DNA from: Candidatus Eremiobacteria bacterium
Lineage (GTDB): Bacteria > Vulcanimicrobiota > Vulcanimicrobiia > Vulcanimicrobiales > Vulcanimicrobiaceae
NCBI GenBank assembly: GCA_963758295.1
Contig: CAVWUU010000004.1
Span: 1,056,001 to 1,120,000 of the forward strand
Length of the DNA stretch: 64,000 bases
Direction: 5' to 3'
The stretch's first letter is position 1. The number at the start of each line of letters is the position of its first letter. A program made the position numbers and the translations under genes. The notes beneath the pieces were generated by a model that was not told the origin of the DNA, did not search any database, and worked only from the letters and a program-made list of their open reading frames with translations. This document shows, in pieces, positions 24,957-34,933 of the stretch.

Positions 24957-25415
24957 TTAGAGCCTTACGACCTCGCGCAGCTCCCGGGCGGAAAGAGCGT
25001 CGCGGGAGTCCCCGAACCGCTCGGCGATTTCGGCCAGAGGCACTAGCACGAACGCCCGCTGGAGCATGCGCGGATGTGGAATCGTGAGATGGGGCTCTTC
25101 CAGCTCAAGATCGTCGTAGGTGAGGATATCCAGGTCGAGGACACGTGGTCCCCAGCGTGCGCCTCCCGGATCGCGCCCGAAGTCTTGTTCCATCAGTTTC
25201 AACGCGTGCAGCAGTTCGTGCGGGCCGAGCGGCGTCTCCAGCTCGGCGACGGCGTTCACGAACGCCGGCTGATCTCGCTTGCCCCAGGGCTCCGTCCGGT
25301 ACAGCGAGGAGCGAGCGCGTACTGCACCGAGCGTCGTCAGGCGCTGGATGGCCCGTTCCACCTGCGCTTGCGGACCGTCGAGGTTGGAACCGATGCCGAT
25401 GAAGGCCTGAGGCAT
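24957..25415 (-). CDS. folK: HPPK (6-hydroxymethyl-dihydropterin pyrophosphokinase)
   Basis: IGIGSNL, WGPRVLDLDIL, IPHPRMLQRAFVLVPL. Confidence 0.95.
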   Translation of the reverse strand: MPQAFIGIGSNLDGPQAQVERAIQRLTTLGAVRARSSLYRTEPWGKRDQPAFVNAVAELETPLGPHELLHALKLMEQDFGRDPGGARWGPRVLDLDILTYDDLELEEPHLTIPHPRMLQRAFVLVPLAEIAERFGDSRDALSARELREVVRL

Positions 25416-25783
25416 CAGCGAAACGCGCGGTACTTCGGATTATCGCGAACGAGCGTAATCGACGGCGTCGCGCCATCGAGTAAACGCGGCTTGCCGATTT
25501 GCAGCCGCCCGTTCATCACGCGTTCGTCTTCGAAGACCGCGTCGAGCAACGTTCCGGCAAGCTTTTCCAACAGCTCGAACGATTCGCGTTCGACGATGCT
25601 TACGATCTCGCGGTGCAGCCGTGCGTAGTCGATGGTATCTTCGAGCCGGTCGCTTTTTTGCGCGGCACTCAAATCGACTTCGAAATCGAGATCGATTTCG
25701 AAGGGCTGCGCGCGGTCGCGCTCGCCCGGATTCGCCCCGTGCCGGCCCTTTGCCAGGATCTTGCGGAGGCTTATTCGATCCAC
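25415..25783 (-). CDS. folB: Dihydroneopterin aldolase
   Basis: DRISL...HGANPGER..AQPFEIDL...DRLEDTIDY...LLEKLA. Confidence 0.92.
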   Translation of the reverse strand: MDRISLRKILAKGRHGANPGERDRAQPFEIDLDFEVDLSAAQKSDRLEDTIDYARLHREIVSIVERESFELLEKLAGTLLDAVFEDERVMNGRLQIGKPRLLDGATPSITLVRDNPKYRAFR

Positions 25784-26631
25784 CCTCGTGGCCTCCAATC
25801 GCGCACGATCGCATCGGAAACGCTGATAACGTCGCGATTTTGCGCGACGTCGTGAACCCGAACCATGTCGATGCCGGCGGCAATTCCGAGTGCCGTCGTG
25901 GCGGCTGTCCCATAGATCCGCTCGTGCGGTTCCCGTTGGGTCAGCTTGCCGATGGTGGATTTGCGCGACGTACCAAGCAACGTTGGAAAGCCGATGTCGC
26001 GGATTCTTGAAAGCTTGCGCAAAATGCGGATATTGTGGTTCGGCGTTTTTCCAAAGCCGATGCCGGGATCGAGGACGATCGCTTCGCGCGGCAAGCCGCG
26101 GCGCAAGGCCCGGTCGGCGCAATCTCGCAAGAAGTCGACGACGGCTTCGACCACGTCGCCCCAGTATTGCGTTCCAACTTGATTGTGCATGGCACATAGG
26201 GGCATTTCCAGCTCGACGGCGACATCGATGAGATCGTCCGGAGCGCCCCACACCGAATTGATGATATCCGCGCCCGCGACGCGAGCCGCTCGCGCGACTT
26301 CGGGCTTGTAGGTATCGACGGAGATAATTGCTTGCGGCAAACGCGCCCGGACTTCGGAGATTACCGGAATAACGCGGTCCATTTCGGTCTTGGGATCGAT
26401 GGGCTGATGGCCGGGCCGAGTGGATTCGCCACCGACGTCTAAGATATCCGCGCCCTGTTGCCACTGCCGTACCGCGTGTTCGATTGCGATCTCAACGTCG
26501 CTGCGCCCGTCACCCGAGAACGAATCCGGAGTAACGTTGACGATGGCCATTAAAAAGGTCCGCTCGCCCCACGTAATATTGCGTCCACGCACCTGCAGCG
26601 CGCCGCGATCAGGCAAGCTTCGCTCTCGCAT
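25771..26631 (-). CDS. folP: Dihydropteroate synthase
   Basis: NVTPDSFSGDG, DVGGESTRPG, DPGIGFGK, GTSRKS, RVHDV. Confidence 0.96.
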   Translation of the reverse strand: MRERSLPDRGALQVRGRNITWGERTFLMAIVNVTPDSFSGDGRSDVEIAIEHAVRQWQQGADILDVGGESTRPGHQPIDPKTEMDRVIPVISEVRARLPQAIISVDTYKPEVARAARVAGADIINSVWGAPDDLIDVAVELEMPLCAMHNQVGTQYWGDVVEAVVDFLRDCADRALRRGLPREAIVLDPGIGFGKTPNHNIRILRKLSRIRDIGFPTLLGTSRKSTIGKLTQREPHERIYGTAATTALGIAAGIDMVRVHDVAQNRDVISVSDAIVRDWRPRGWIE

Positions 26632-27946
26632 CGCCCACGTTTTCGAGCCACCACGAACGCAGCTCTGCAACGATGAACGTCGAGCCGGTTACGACGATGA
26701 CGCCGTCCGACGAAGCGTTACGGCGCGCCACGGCGAGAGCCTCGACGGGATCCGCAATGACGCGGCCCCAACTTCCCTGCGATTCGGCGATGCTCGCCAA
26801 CCGTTGGGGTTTCGTTGGTTCGCGTCCGGCAGTCGAAAACGAAGTGAATATAAAGTTGCTCGGAAGTTTTCCGAGTGCGCGCAAGATTTGCGATGCATCT
26901 TTGCTTTCGCCGATTGCAACGACGAACGTGCAATGCCGTCCGGGGAACCGTTCCGCGAGCGATGCAACCAGATGTTGCGCTTTTTCCGTATTGTGCGCGA
27001 TGTCGAAAACGACGGACGGATGCCCCGGAAAGACTTCCATGCGTCCGGGAATCGCCACTTGCGACAAGCCGCGTTCGACGTCGGAGATCGACGGCCGCAG
27101 ATCGCTCGGTAATTGCTCGAGCGTAACAATCGCCGTCGCAGCATTCTGTCGCTGAAAGATGCCCAAGACCGGCATCGATAAATTGTAGGTGCCGCATGCG
27201 GTGGTCACCGAAAACGATTGGCCGTAGCGTTCGCCGGGGGCGCCGTCAATCTGCGCCGCTTCGGAGACGCGAACTACGGACGTGCCGATTCGATCTGCTT
27301 CTTCTTCGACGATCGCGCGCGCGACCGGATCCTCGACTCCACTTACAAGCGGCACGCCTGGTTTGATGATCCCAGCCTTTTCCGTCGCGATACTTTGGAT
27401 GGTGTCGCCCAAAACGTCCATGTGATCGAATCCGACCGACGTGATCGCCGCCACTTTAGGAACGATGACGTTCGTGCCGTCAAGACGTCCGCCCAGACCG
27501 ACTTCGATTACCGCAATGTCGACGTGCTCTTTTGCGAAATAGAAAAATGCGAGCGCAAGCAGCGTTTCGTAATACGTCGGACGGCCATGTTCCGAAGCGG
27601 TGCGTTCGATGGCCGGCATCATTTCGTTCAGTAACGCGGCGAAACGTTGTTCTTGGACCGGCGCGCCATCGATTCGGGCGCGTTCCGTCATCGACCGCAA
27701 GTGCGGCTTCGTGTGCAACCCAACGCGTAATCCCGAAGCTTGGAGCGCAACGGCCGCCATGGTGCAGGTCGAGCCTTTACCGCTCGTCCCGCCAATGTGC
27801 ACGGTCGGATATGCATCCTGCGGATTGCCGAGTTCGCGCAAGAATGCGCGCATGCGTTCCAGCCGGTACGGCATGCGCCGGGAGATCGTTTCGTTGATCG
27901 TTCCAAGCAGATAGCTTTCAGCCGCGGGGAAATCGAAGTGCGTCAT
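26609..27946 (-). CDS. folC: Folylpolyglutamate synthase/dihydrofolate synthase
   Basis: HIGGTSGKGS, EVGLGGRLDGTN, PGRME, DIAHN, VTGS. Confidence 0.95.
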   Translation of the reverse strand: MTHFDFPAAESYLLGTINETISRRMPYRLERMRAFLRELGNPQDAYPTVHIGGTSGKGSTCTMAAVALQASGLRVGLHTKPHLRSMTERARIDGAPVQEQRFAALLNEMMPAIERTASEHGRPTYYETLLALAFFYFAKEHVDIAVIEVGLGGRLDGTNVIVPKVAAITSVGFDHMDVLGDTIQSIATEKAGIIKPGVPLVSGVEDPVARAIVEEEADRIGTSVVRVSEAAQIDGAPGERYGQSFSVTTACGTYNLSMPVLGIFQRQNAATAIVTLEQLPSDLRPSISDVERGLSQVAIPGRMEVFPGHPSVVFDIAHNTEKAQHLVASLAERFPGRHCTFVVAIGESKDASQILRALGKLPSNFIFTSFSTAGREPTKPQRLASIAESQGSWGRVIADPVEALAVARRNASSDGVIVVTGSTFIVAELRSWWLENVGDARAKLA

Positions 27947-28425
27947 CCGTCGCTCACGCGATCGCCGAGAAGATCCAGTGCATGTGGCAGTACATTCAAT
28001 ACTACATCGAGAGATTCGGCAACGGCTTTCGGGCTGCCGGGCAGATTGATAATGAGCGTCCGGTGGCGCACGCCCGCGATTGCCCGCGACAACATCGCCG
28101 TCGGAACCCGCGGCAACGCTGCGGCGCGAATCGCCTCCGAAATGCCCGGCACTTCGTAGTCGAGAACCGCGGCGGTTGCCTGGGGCGTGCGATCCCGCGG
28201 CGCCAAGCCCGTTCCGCCACTGGTAAGGATAAGGGACGCCGTTTCCGCATCGGCAATTTCGATGAGTTCTGCCTGAAGCGCACCGGGGTCATCCGGCAGC
28301 ACTAATTCCCGTACGATCTCGTACGGCCCGGCAAGGCGCTCTTTCATGACCGGCAGGCAGCCGTCTGCGCGCGTTCCCGAGGCGGCGCGATCGGAAAGTA
28401 CGATCAGGGCAACGGTGTAGCTCAC
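27943..28425 (-). CDS. mog: Molybdopterin adenylyltransferase (Mog/MoaB)
   Basis: LSDRAA, TSGGTGLAPRDRTPQAT, INLPGSPKAV. Confidence 0.9.
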   Translation of the reverse strand: MSYTVALIVLSDRAASGTRADGCLPVMKERLAGPYEIVRELVLPDDPGALQAELIEIADAETASLILTSGGTGLAPRDRTPQATAAVLDYEVPGISEAIRAAALPRVPTAMLSRAIAGVRHRTLIINLPGSPKAVAESLDVVLNVLPHALDLLGDRVSDG

Positions 28426-28898
28426 TGCCGAGCGGCCCAACGCCCGCTTTTTCCGCCCGTTTTTTCGAGCAGGCGAACTTCCTCGATCGCGATCCCTTTG
28501 TCGACGGCCTTGACCATGTCGTACACCGTTAGTGCGGCCACACTCGCGGCAACCATTGCCTCCATCTCGACCCCGGTTTGCGCGCTTGTGCGGGCCGACG
28601 CCTCGATTCGCAATGCGCCGTCCTGGTCCCACGCGATAGTCACGTCGACTTGCGCCAACGGCAGCGGGTGCGCGAGCGGGATCAAGTTTGCCGTCTGCTT
28701 TGCGGCCATAATGCCGGCAAGTTGCGCGGCTACGAATGCGTCGCCCTTCGGAAGCATTGCCTCCTTCAGCGCGCTCTGAGCTGCTTGGCTCATGCGAACC
28801 CGCGCCTGCGCGCGGGCGGTACGAACCGTAACGGCTTTTTCGGAGACGTCCACCATCGAAATGGTGCCGTCGGATGCAATATGTGAGGGTTTCTGCAC
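28422..28898 (-). CDS. moaC: Cyclic pyranopterin monophosphate synthase
   Basis: MVDVSEK, AGIMAAKQTANLIPLAHP, TGVEMEA, YDMVKAVD, KTGGKSG. Confidence 0.96.
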   Translation of the reverse strand: MQKPSHIASDGTISMVDVSEKAVTVRTARAQARVRMSQAAQSALKEAMLPKGDAFVAAQLAGIMAAKQTANLIPLAHPLPLAQVDVTIAWDQDGALRIEASARTSAQTGVEMEAMVAASVAALTVYDMVKAVDKGIAIEEVRLLEKTGGKSGRWAARQ

Positions 28899-28922
28899 GG
28901 CAATATGTAAACGGCGTAAGCA

Positions 28923-30071
28923 ATGACGCTATTCCAGCACACGGGCGGCGATCCTCGGGTCGCCTCGGCACAATTGGCCGACGTACTCGCGTGGTATGGC
29001 GCTGTAGGCGATGCCGCTTTCGGTAATGCGCCCGGTTTTGCATTGCGCAAAGCGTCAGTTGCCGTTGCACTTGCATCGACCCAACGCGAACCGCTTGGCG
29101 ACGAGTGCGACGCGATGTTCTTCGCGGGTTTGCTTCATGCCGTCGGTGCGATCAAGAATCCCGCGTTCCGAAAGAACGGCGAGCTGGACGAACGCACCGC
29201 CAGAACGCATCGTTGGGACGTTCCGGCGCAAGGTGCGCGGGAATGCGATGCGATCGGGACGTTGCCACCGCAAACCGCCGATCTCATTCGCTGGCAAAGT
29301 GAATGCTGGGACGGAACGGGCTTCCCCGATCAATTGCGCTGGTACGGCATTCCGAAAAGCGCGCAATATTTGGCGCTCGCCGATGCGCTTGCGCGATGCG
29401 ACGACCCCGAAGAGGCGCTGGGTGCCATCGCGATGCAGAGCGGCCGCGCATTTGGTCCGGAATACGTCCGCTCGTTCGTCACGTGGTTTCACGCTAACCG
29501 GGGAGAGGCGCGCCTTACGAGCATTCCGCTCGACGCCCTGGACGCCGAAAAAACTTCGCCGGCAATGCTGTTAGATCGCCTTGCCGACGACGTTGACGAA
29601 CATAACGCGGTCCCGGGCCGCTGGCGTCGTATCGAAAAATTGACCAGCGCCGCTGCGCAATCTTTGCAATTCGACCAGACGTCCACGCGCGCATTAGCGC
29701 TCGCGGTGCGGCTCTTCGGCAGCGGCGAGATTGCGCCGAACGCCTCGCGCACCACCGCGTTTCATCCCCTCTCTCGACTAGGAATTGATGCACGCGCTCG
29801 AAACGCCGCACGCGCCGCGGCGCTCGCGGAAAAAGTGCCGGCGTTTCATGAAGCCGCCAAAGTTCTTGCGGCGCGCGCCGAGTGGTTCGATGGAACCGGG
29901 AAGCCGAAGGGCCGGCGCGGTGCGGAGATTTCCCAGGCGACCGCGTTGCTGGCGGCGGCGATCGCGTACGATAAACTCGACCGGAGCGAGCGGCTTGACA
30001 CCGCAGCCGGAACGCAGTTCGATCCCGCCGTCATCCGAGCCGTGCTCGAGGTTGCAAAAACGCGAGCGTGA
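28923..30071 (+). CDS. Tandem HD-GYP-like domain protein with degenerate catalytic motifs
   Basis: AGLLHAVG, SECWDGTGFPDQL, GRAFGP, AEWFDGTGKP, AGTQFDP. Confidence 0.8.
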   Translation: MTLFQHTGGDPRVASAQLADVLAWYGAVGDAAFGNAPGFALRKASVAVALASTQREPLGDECDAMFFAGLLHAVGAIKNPAFRKNGELDERTARTHRWDVPAQGARECDAIGTLPPQTADLIRWQSECWDGTGFPDQLRWYGIPKSAQYLALADALARCDDPEEALGAIAMQSGRAFGPEYVRSFVTWFHANRGEARLTSIPLDALDAEKTSPAMLLDRLADDVDEHNAVPGRWRRIEKLTSAAAQSLQFDQTSTRALALAVRLFGSGEIAPNASRTTAFHPLSRLGIDARARNAARAAALAEKVPAFHEAAKVLAARAEWFDGTGKPKGRRGAEISQATALLAAAIAYDKLDRSERLDTAAGTQFDPAVIRAVLEVAKTRA

Positions 30072-30982
30072 TCGAACTTCAGGAAAGAACGCGGCGCATT
30101 TCACCGTCACGCCTGCACGAGATCCTGCTTCGTAACGATTGCAAGAGCGTCGTGGACCCGTTCATGGGACTGCCGACGCATCTCAACTATTTGAAGCGTC
30201 ACGGCATTGCGGTCCATGGCGGCGATCTACTCGAATGGTTCGTTCGCGTCGGCGAAGGGATCGTCGTGAACGATCTGACGATTCTGCGCGACCACGAGGT
30301 GGCCGAGATCGTCGAAATGCTGCCCGGGCGCATATACGCCCTCGACACGTTCAAAGCGTGGGAAGGCGTGTTCTTCACTGAAGAGCAGTGCGCTTATCTT
30401 GGGGTTTGGCACGACAACGTCCGTAATCTGCGCAGCGATCAGCAGACCGGCCTTGCGATCCTCGGTTTGTGGCGCGTTTTTTGCTATTGGCTTCAGAAGA
30501 CGCAGTTCGCCGACGACATGCAAGATATTCCGCCGAGCGAAATCGCGTGGAACTACATTCGCGAGACGGAAAAATGGGTGGCGAGCAATCTCCGGCGCAA
30601 CACCGTGCGTCAAGGCGACGTGCTGGCGACGATTGGGGCTCAAAGCGCCGACGCGCTGTTCCTTTCCCCGCCTGCGCGTAACTCGTTCCGGAGCGCCGAC
30701 GCTCGCATTTGGATGTGGGAAGCGTGGTGGCAAGGCAATCCGTACTTCACCATCGAGCACGCGTATCGCGATTCACTTCTTGGTGCACGGGCGGCCGATG
30801 CACCGGCGTACGCGCGCGCAATCGCAACGATTCTTTCGAACGCCGAAGCGTATCCGGTGGTCGTCGTTCAGACTACCGAACAACGTTTACCCGACCTCGA
30901 ACCCATTGTCCGCAACGCGCGGCCGAACGTCGAAATCGTAGCGCCGCACCCTTACGAGATCTATCTCATCGCGAAAAGGTAG
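30068..30982 (+). CDS. DNA adenine methyltransferase-like protein (D12-class-like, atypical motifs)
   Basis: SVVDPFMG (motif I-like) near the N-terminus and DALFLSPP (motif IV-like); GTGA overlap with the upstream gene. Confidence 0.6.
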   Translation: MIELQERTRRISPSRLHEILLRNDCKSVVDPFMGLPTHLNYLKRHGIAVHGGDLLEWFVRVGEGIVVNDLTILRDHEVAEIVEMLPGRIYALDTFKAWEGVFFTEEQCAYLGVWHDNVRNLRSDQQTGLAILGLWRVFCYWLQKTQFADDMQDIPPSEIAWNYIRETEKWVASNLRRNTVRQGDVLATIGAQSADALFLSPPARNSFRSADARIWMWEAWWQGNPYFTIEHAYRDSLLGARAADAPAYARAIATILSNAEAYPVVVVQTTEQRLPDLEPIVRNARPNVEIVAPHPYEIYLIAKR

Positions 30983-31056
30983 CCCCAGACTGTCGAAGCG
31001 CAGAGGCATATCAGCAACGCCGTATGCGCCGATGTCCTACAAGGTCATCATGACGA

Positions 31057-31088
31057 GAAAAGAGACGCTCGAACGAGCGCCTCTTTTC
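31057..31088. terminator. Bidirectional intrinsic terminator
   Basis: gaaaagagacgctcg-aa-cgagcgcctcttttc between convergent genes. Confidence 0.75.
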
Positions 31089-31109
31089 GCAACAGCCCTC
31101 CGACGCTAC

Positions 31110-32181
31110 TTAGTATTCTTCGTAGAAGTGGATGTTTGGGAGCGTCGGCGGCGGCGTGCCGATGAAGAACCAAATCACTTCGTGTGAGTAGAGCGGGATT
31201 TGATTCGGGTCGCCGAGCCACGGCGTGAGCGTCCTGGTGCTTATCGTGCTGCCGCTCTGATCGCCGCGGTACTGCTGTCCCGACGTGTACACCGTAAGCG
31301 GTCCGCCGAACTGTCCGAAGTTCGAACCGGTGACCGTGATGCCCCACACATCGAATATCGTCTTGGATATGTAGAGCGAGTTCATCGGGGGCGTATCGAG
31401 CACTCCGCCGTTAAAATCTTCTACGTGCAAGACGCCGGTCGAGTCGTGCGTATGCGTAAAGTAGAAGCAGTTGGTGGCGTAGTTGATCGCCGTGTCATTG
31501 GGATTCACCGGGTCGGCGACGCCAATGCCTCTCGGCAGCGCGTATTCGGTGCCATTCACGTAGATGCCGATGAAGACGTGAATGTGATAGTTATCCGACA
31601 TCGAGACTTGGCACTGGGCATTGTCGATCTGCGTGCCGACCGGGCCGTGTCCGCCGGAGGGCGTATCGCCGACCGCAGGTGTGAACATTCCGTCCTGACC
31701 GTTGATGACGGGGTTATGGTACACACCGTTTGCATCCGTATAACCCGGCGTCGTCGATAACGTCGTACCGTTCCACGGATAGCCGGCGGCCGCCGGAGTA
31801 GGCGTTGGCTTAGGTCGGAGTAGGCGTCGGAGTCGGAGTGGGTGTAGGCGTCGGCGTCGGCGTTGGCGTCGGAGTGGGTGCCGGAGTCGCGGTAGGAGTC
31901 GGCGACGCTGAAGCAGTCGGCGACGCTGAAGCAGTCGGCGAACTTGACGGCTTCGACGTCGGGCTGCCCGACGGCGACGGCTTCGGCGAACCGGTAGGCG
32001 CGCTGCTAGGACTGGGCGATGCCGTAACCGGAGGCGGCGAGCCCGACGGCTGCGCGCTGGGACCGGAAGGAACGACTCCACCGTTGGAGCCTCCTCCTCC
32101 ACCACCGCCGCAACCCGCTGCGAGCGCGATTGCGAAAATCAGAATCGAAGTAGCCGGTCTTACAAGTAGTCGCCTTTGCAT
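31110..32181 (-). CDS. Lipoprotein with PT-repeat stalk and His-rich C-terminal domain (frameshift near 31812)
   Basis: AAGC-GGGGGG lipobox and (PT)n in ORF 31810-32181; YHIHVF...CFYFTHTHDSTGVLHVE in ORF 31110-. Confidence 0.75.
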
Positions 32182-32283
32182 CCCTTACCACCGTAGAAGC
32201 GCGTCTTACGATAGTCTCCAAGGTAGGCGCTTATGCGGCGGTGCGAACGGCCGTGTCGGATGGGGGCTTTCGCCCCCATGGAC

Positions 32284-32481
32284 CTAACGCGAGGTCTGAG
32301 GCGAGCTCTGGAACCGGAACCAAATCAGGCAGAGCAGCGCGATAACCCAGCACAGGACGAGGTGGGAAATATGGTGGCTGTGCGCCTCACCGGACTTCGT
32401 GAGGAAATTGATCGTGCCGAGCCCATAGAGCAGGCCGACGACGAAAAAGAAGACGGCTAGAACGATCGCTAGAGCTTTCAT
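32284..32481 (-). CDS. Small two-TM membrane protein
   Basis: 65 aa, coupled to uppP by ATGA overlap, followed by hairpin atgggggc-tttc-gcccccat. Confidence 0.7.
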   Translation of the reverse strand: MKALAIVLAVFFFVVGLLYGLGTINFLTKSGEAHSHHISHLVLCWVIALLCLIWFRFQSSPQTSR

Positions 32482-33338
32482 GAAAGCACTCCCATTCGAC
32501 TAAGGATGAAGCAGACGATGCCCATCAGCAAGCAATACCAGCCGAATGGGCGCAAATCGTTGTCTTTGAAATACCGCGTCAGAAACGCGACGGAGAAGTA
32601 CGCCGCAATGCCGGCGATGACCGCTCCGATGAAGGCCTGCAGCGCCACAACATGCGACCCCGGCGCGGCTAGCTTCGGAATTTCGAGCAGCGACGCTGCC
32701 AGAATGACGGGCGTGGCCAGCAAGAACGAGTAGCGCGCGGCGTCTTCGTGATTCAAATCGCACAGTAACGCAGCGACCATGGACGAGCCAGAGCGCGAGA
32801 TGCCCGGAAGCAATGCAAGGCCCTGAGCGACGCCCACGAAGACGCTTTGGCCCCAAGAAAGCGTTTCGATCGGGCGGTCTTTGCGATGCAAATTTTCGTG
32901 CTGGCGGCGCCTAAGCGCCTCGCCCGCAAACATTACGAGACCGTTGATTGCAAGAAACGCCGCCGCCGGAGTGGGCGATCCGAAAAGCGCGCGCACCGGT
33001 TCCTGAAACAGCACGCCCAGGATGCCGACCGGGATCGTCCCGATAACGAGCAGCCACCCCAGCCGTTCGTCGCGATCGTCGGAGAGTTTTCCGCGCATGA
33101 CGCTGCCGATGAGTGCGCGCGCGATCGCAACCCATTGCTTGCGGTAGAAGATCACGAGTGCGATTGCGGTGCCCAAATGCAACACGACGACGAAAGCCAA
33201 AAACGTTGGATCGTCGCGCTTGATGTTATTCCAGTGCAAAAGAGCCGGAATGAGGATCGTATGCCCAAGGCTCGAGACGGGAAATAATTCGCTCACACCT
33301 TGGAGCAAAGCGAGAACGACGGCTTGGAAAACGGTCAC
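32478..33338 (-). CDS. uppP: Undecaprenyl-diphosphatase
   Basis: QGVSELFPVSSLGH, AQGLALLPGISRSG, AARYSFLL. Confidence 0.95.
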   Translation of the reverse strand: MTVFQAVVLALLQGVSELFPVSSLGHTILIPALLHWNNIKRDDPTFLAFVVVLHLGTAIALVIFYRKQWVAIARALIGSVMRGKLSDDRDERLGWLLVIGTIPVGILGVLFQEPVRALFGSPTPAAAFLAINGLVMFAGEALRRRQHENLHRKDRPIETLSWGQSVFVGVAQGLALLPGISRSGSSMVAALLCDLNHEDAARYSFLLATPVILAASLLEIPKLAAPGSHVVALQAFIGAVIAGIAAYFSVAFLTRYFKDNDLRPFGWYCLLMGIVCFILSRMGVLS

Positions 33339-33421
33339 GGTGGCCAGACTTACGCCTCATAACCGCACGCAGCCTCCCCTTTTTGGAGGATTGCATCCGA
33401 ACCTAGACTAAGGCCGAAACG

Positions 33422-33805
33422 GTGGAAAGGCACGAAACCGCGCAATCGGAACCGCAAGAGCGCAAATTTCAGCGCCTCGGCGACTCGCTGCTAGTTTCGT
33501 ACAGCATCAGCGACGATTTCGCGCCTGAATTCACCGAAACGTACGATATCGCACTCGGCGGTCTAGCAATGCTGACCAATGCCGAACTCAAAATCGACAA
33601 TCCCGTGGCAATTCAACTCGAGCTTAGGGGTGATACCCAACCGGTGCTTCGACTTAGAGGCATCATCCGGTGGTCACGGTACGATCCTCTGATGCAGCGC
33701 TATCGCACCGGAATCGCGTTCCTCGAAGTTGACGATGTAACACGCGGACATCTCCAACGCTACATCGATACGTTGCGGCTCCTACGCGACATGGGGATGA
33801 TGTAG
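33422..33805 (+). CDS. Single-domain PilZ protein
   Basis: RKFQR (RxxxR) and DIALGG motifs; C-terminal RTGIAF. Confidence 0.8.
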   Translation: MERHETAQSEPQERKFQRLGDSLLVSYSISDDFAPEFTETYDIALGGLAMLTNAELKIDNPVAIQLELRGDTQPVLRLRGIIRWSRYDPLMQRYRTGIAFLEVDDVTRGHLQRYIDTLRLLRDMGMM

Positions 33806-33852
33806 CTCGACGCTACGTGTCAGCCTCAGCTTTCGGCTTTGGATCATGCGGT

Positions 33853-33880
33853 GTCATCCTGAGGCTGTCGAAGGACGCGC
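33853..33880. repeat. Dispersed palindromic (REP-like) repeat copy, inverted orientation
   Basis: gtcatcctgaggctgtcgaaggacgcgc is nearly the reverse complement of the array unit gtccttcgacgggctcaggatgac. Confidence 0.7.
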
Positions 33881-34197
33881 GCATGGATTCGTTGCCGGCA
33901 AGATTTACAAGACGCCGGTTGGGCGCGGGCAGATGTTCAGAAGTGAGGAGTGCGCTTCGGCCGATTCCGGCGTGTTGGCTAGCGCAAATAAGTTGCCGCG
34001 TAGATGATTTTGTTGTCGGAGAGGAAGACTTCTTCGCCGTTTAGTTCTTCGGCCGCCCGTCGGCGCGCTTTGGTTTGCTGCAGGTGGAGCGGTCGGCGCA
34101 TGACGCTCGGGCGGTACTTCAGCCTTTATCCACGTCAACGCCGGGCTTGGCGCGATTCGCCGCAACAACAAGCGTCCTCGCGTTCCGTGAATTTTAG

Positions 34198-34851
34198 CTA
34201 CCAGCTGACGAATTTGACGGAGTACGTGTAGTCTGAAGCGATAGCTTTGCAATCATGGCGCGCCGGATTGTATTGCGCCGCGCGCGCCATCGACACGGCA
34301 ACGAGATCGAGCGATGAGTTGCCGCTGCTCGAACTCACGGCAGCACTTTGAACGGCGCCCTTGTCGTCAAGCGTAACGCGGACGCGCGCCGTGCCGCTAA
34401 CGTTTGCTGCGCGCGCTTCGGGTGAGATCTCCGACGGCGGCGGGGACGCGGCGATGGTCGCCGGCAGATCGTTGTTTGCGCACGGGACCGACGGTGCAGG
34501 CGAGGGCGCGCGTGCAGGGCTGGGCACGGCGGTCGCTGCGGTTCCACCCGTTCCAGTTGCGGCCGGGAGGACACCCGCTGGATTACGCGAGGGGCGGCGT
34601 GGCGCGGCAGAACGAACGGGTGCCGGTGAAGCGGTCGGCGCAGGCGTTGCCGTTTGCGGAGGCGGCGTGTGCGGCGCAGGTGTGGGGACGCGCGCAATAC
34701 GCGTCACGCGAAGGTGCTGAACGTGCACGACTTCGGTTTCGTCGCTCGTCTTGGTAAACGGCCAGTGAACTCCCGAAGCGATGATGAGATGAATGATCAG
34801 CGAAAGCGCAAAGGCGGCGATCAGCAGTCGTCGTGTGCGTCGGACATCCAT
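34198..34851 (-). CDS. TonB family energy transducer
   Basis: TM with SLIIH, Pro-rich linker, TonB_C domain (SSGNSSLDLVAV...YNPA). Confidence 0.85.
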   Translation of the reverse strand: MDVRRTRRLLIAAFALSLIIHLIIASGVHWPFTKTSDETEVVHVQHLRVTRIARVPTPAPHTPPPQTATPAPTASPAPVRSAAPRRPSRNPAGVLPAATGTGGTAATAVPSPARAPSPAPSVPCANNDLPATIAASPPPSEISPEARAANVSGTARVRVTLDDKGAVQSAAVSSSSGNSSLDLVAVSMARAAQYNPARHDCKAIASDYTYSVKFVSW

Positions 34852-34870
34852 TGATAGTGCTGCCTTCGGG

Positions 34871-34902
34871 AAAAGAAACGGGCGCTCCCATTGGGAGCGC
34901 CC
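34871..34902 (-). terminator. Intrinsic terminator
   Basis: gggcgctccca/tgggagcgccc stem followed by a U-tract on the minus strand. Confidence 0.75.
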
Positions 34903-34933
34903 TTCTTATCGTTTCCCTTGCGTAGACCACCCG

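Noticed and set aside
27943..29076. 377-aa Mog, 349-aa FolB, 654-aa Pyk and 533-aa MoeA as fusion or extended proteins
   Set aside because: The extensions overlap neighbouring real genes; homology begins at downstream starts.
30068..30982. Restriction-modification or phage defence island
   Set aside because: No nuclease, specificity subunit, mobility gene or obvious compositional shift nearby.
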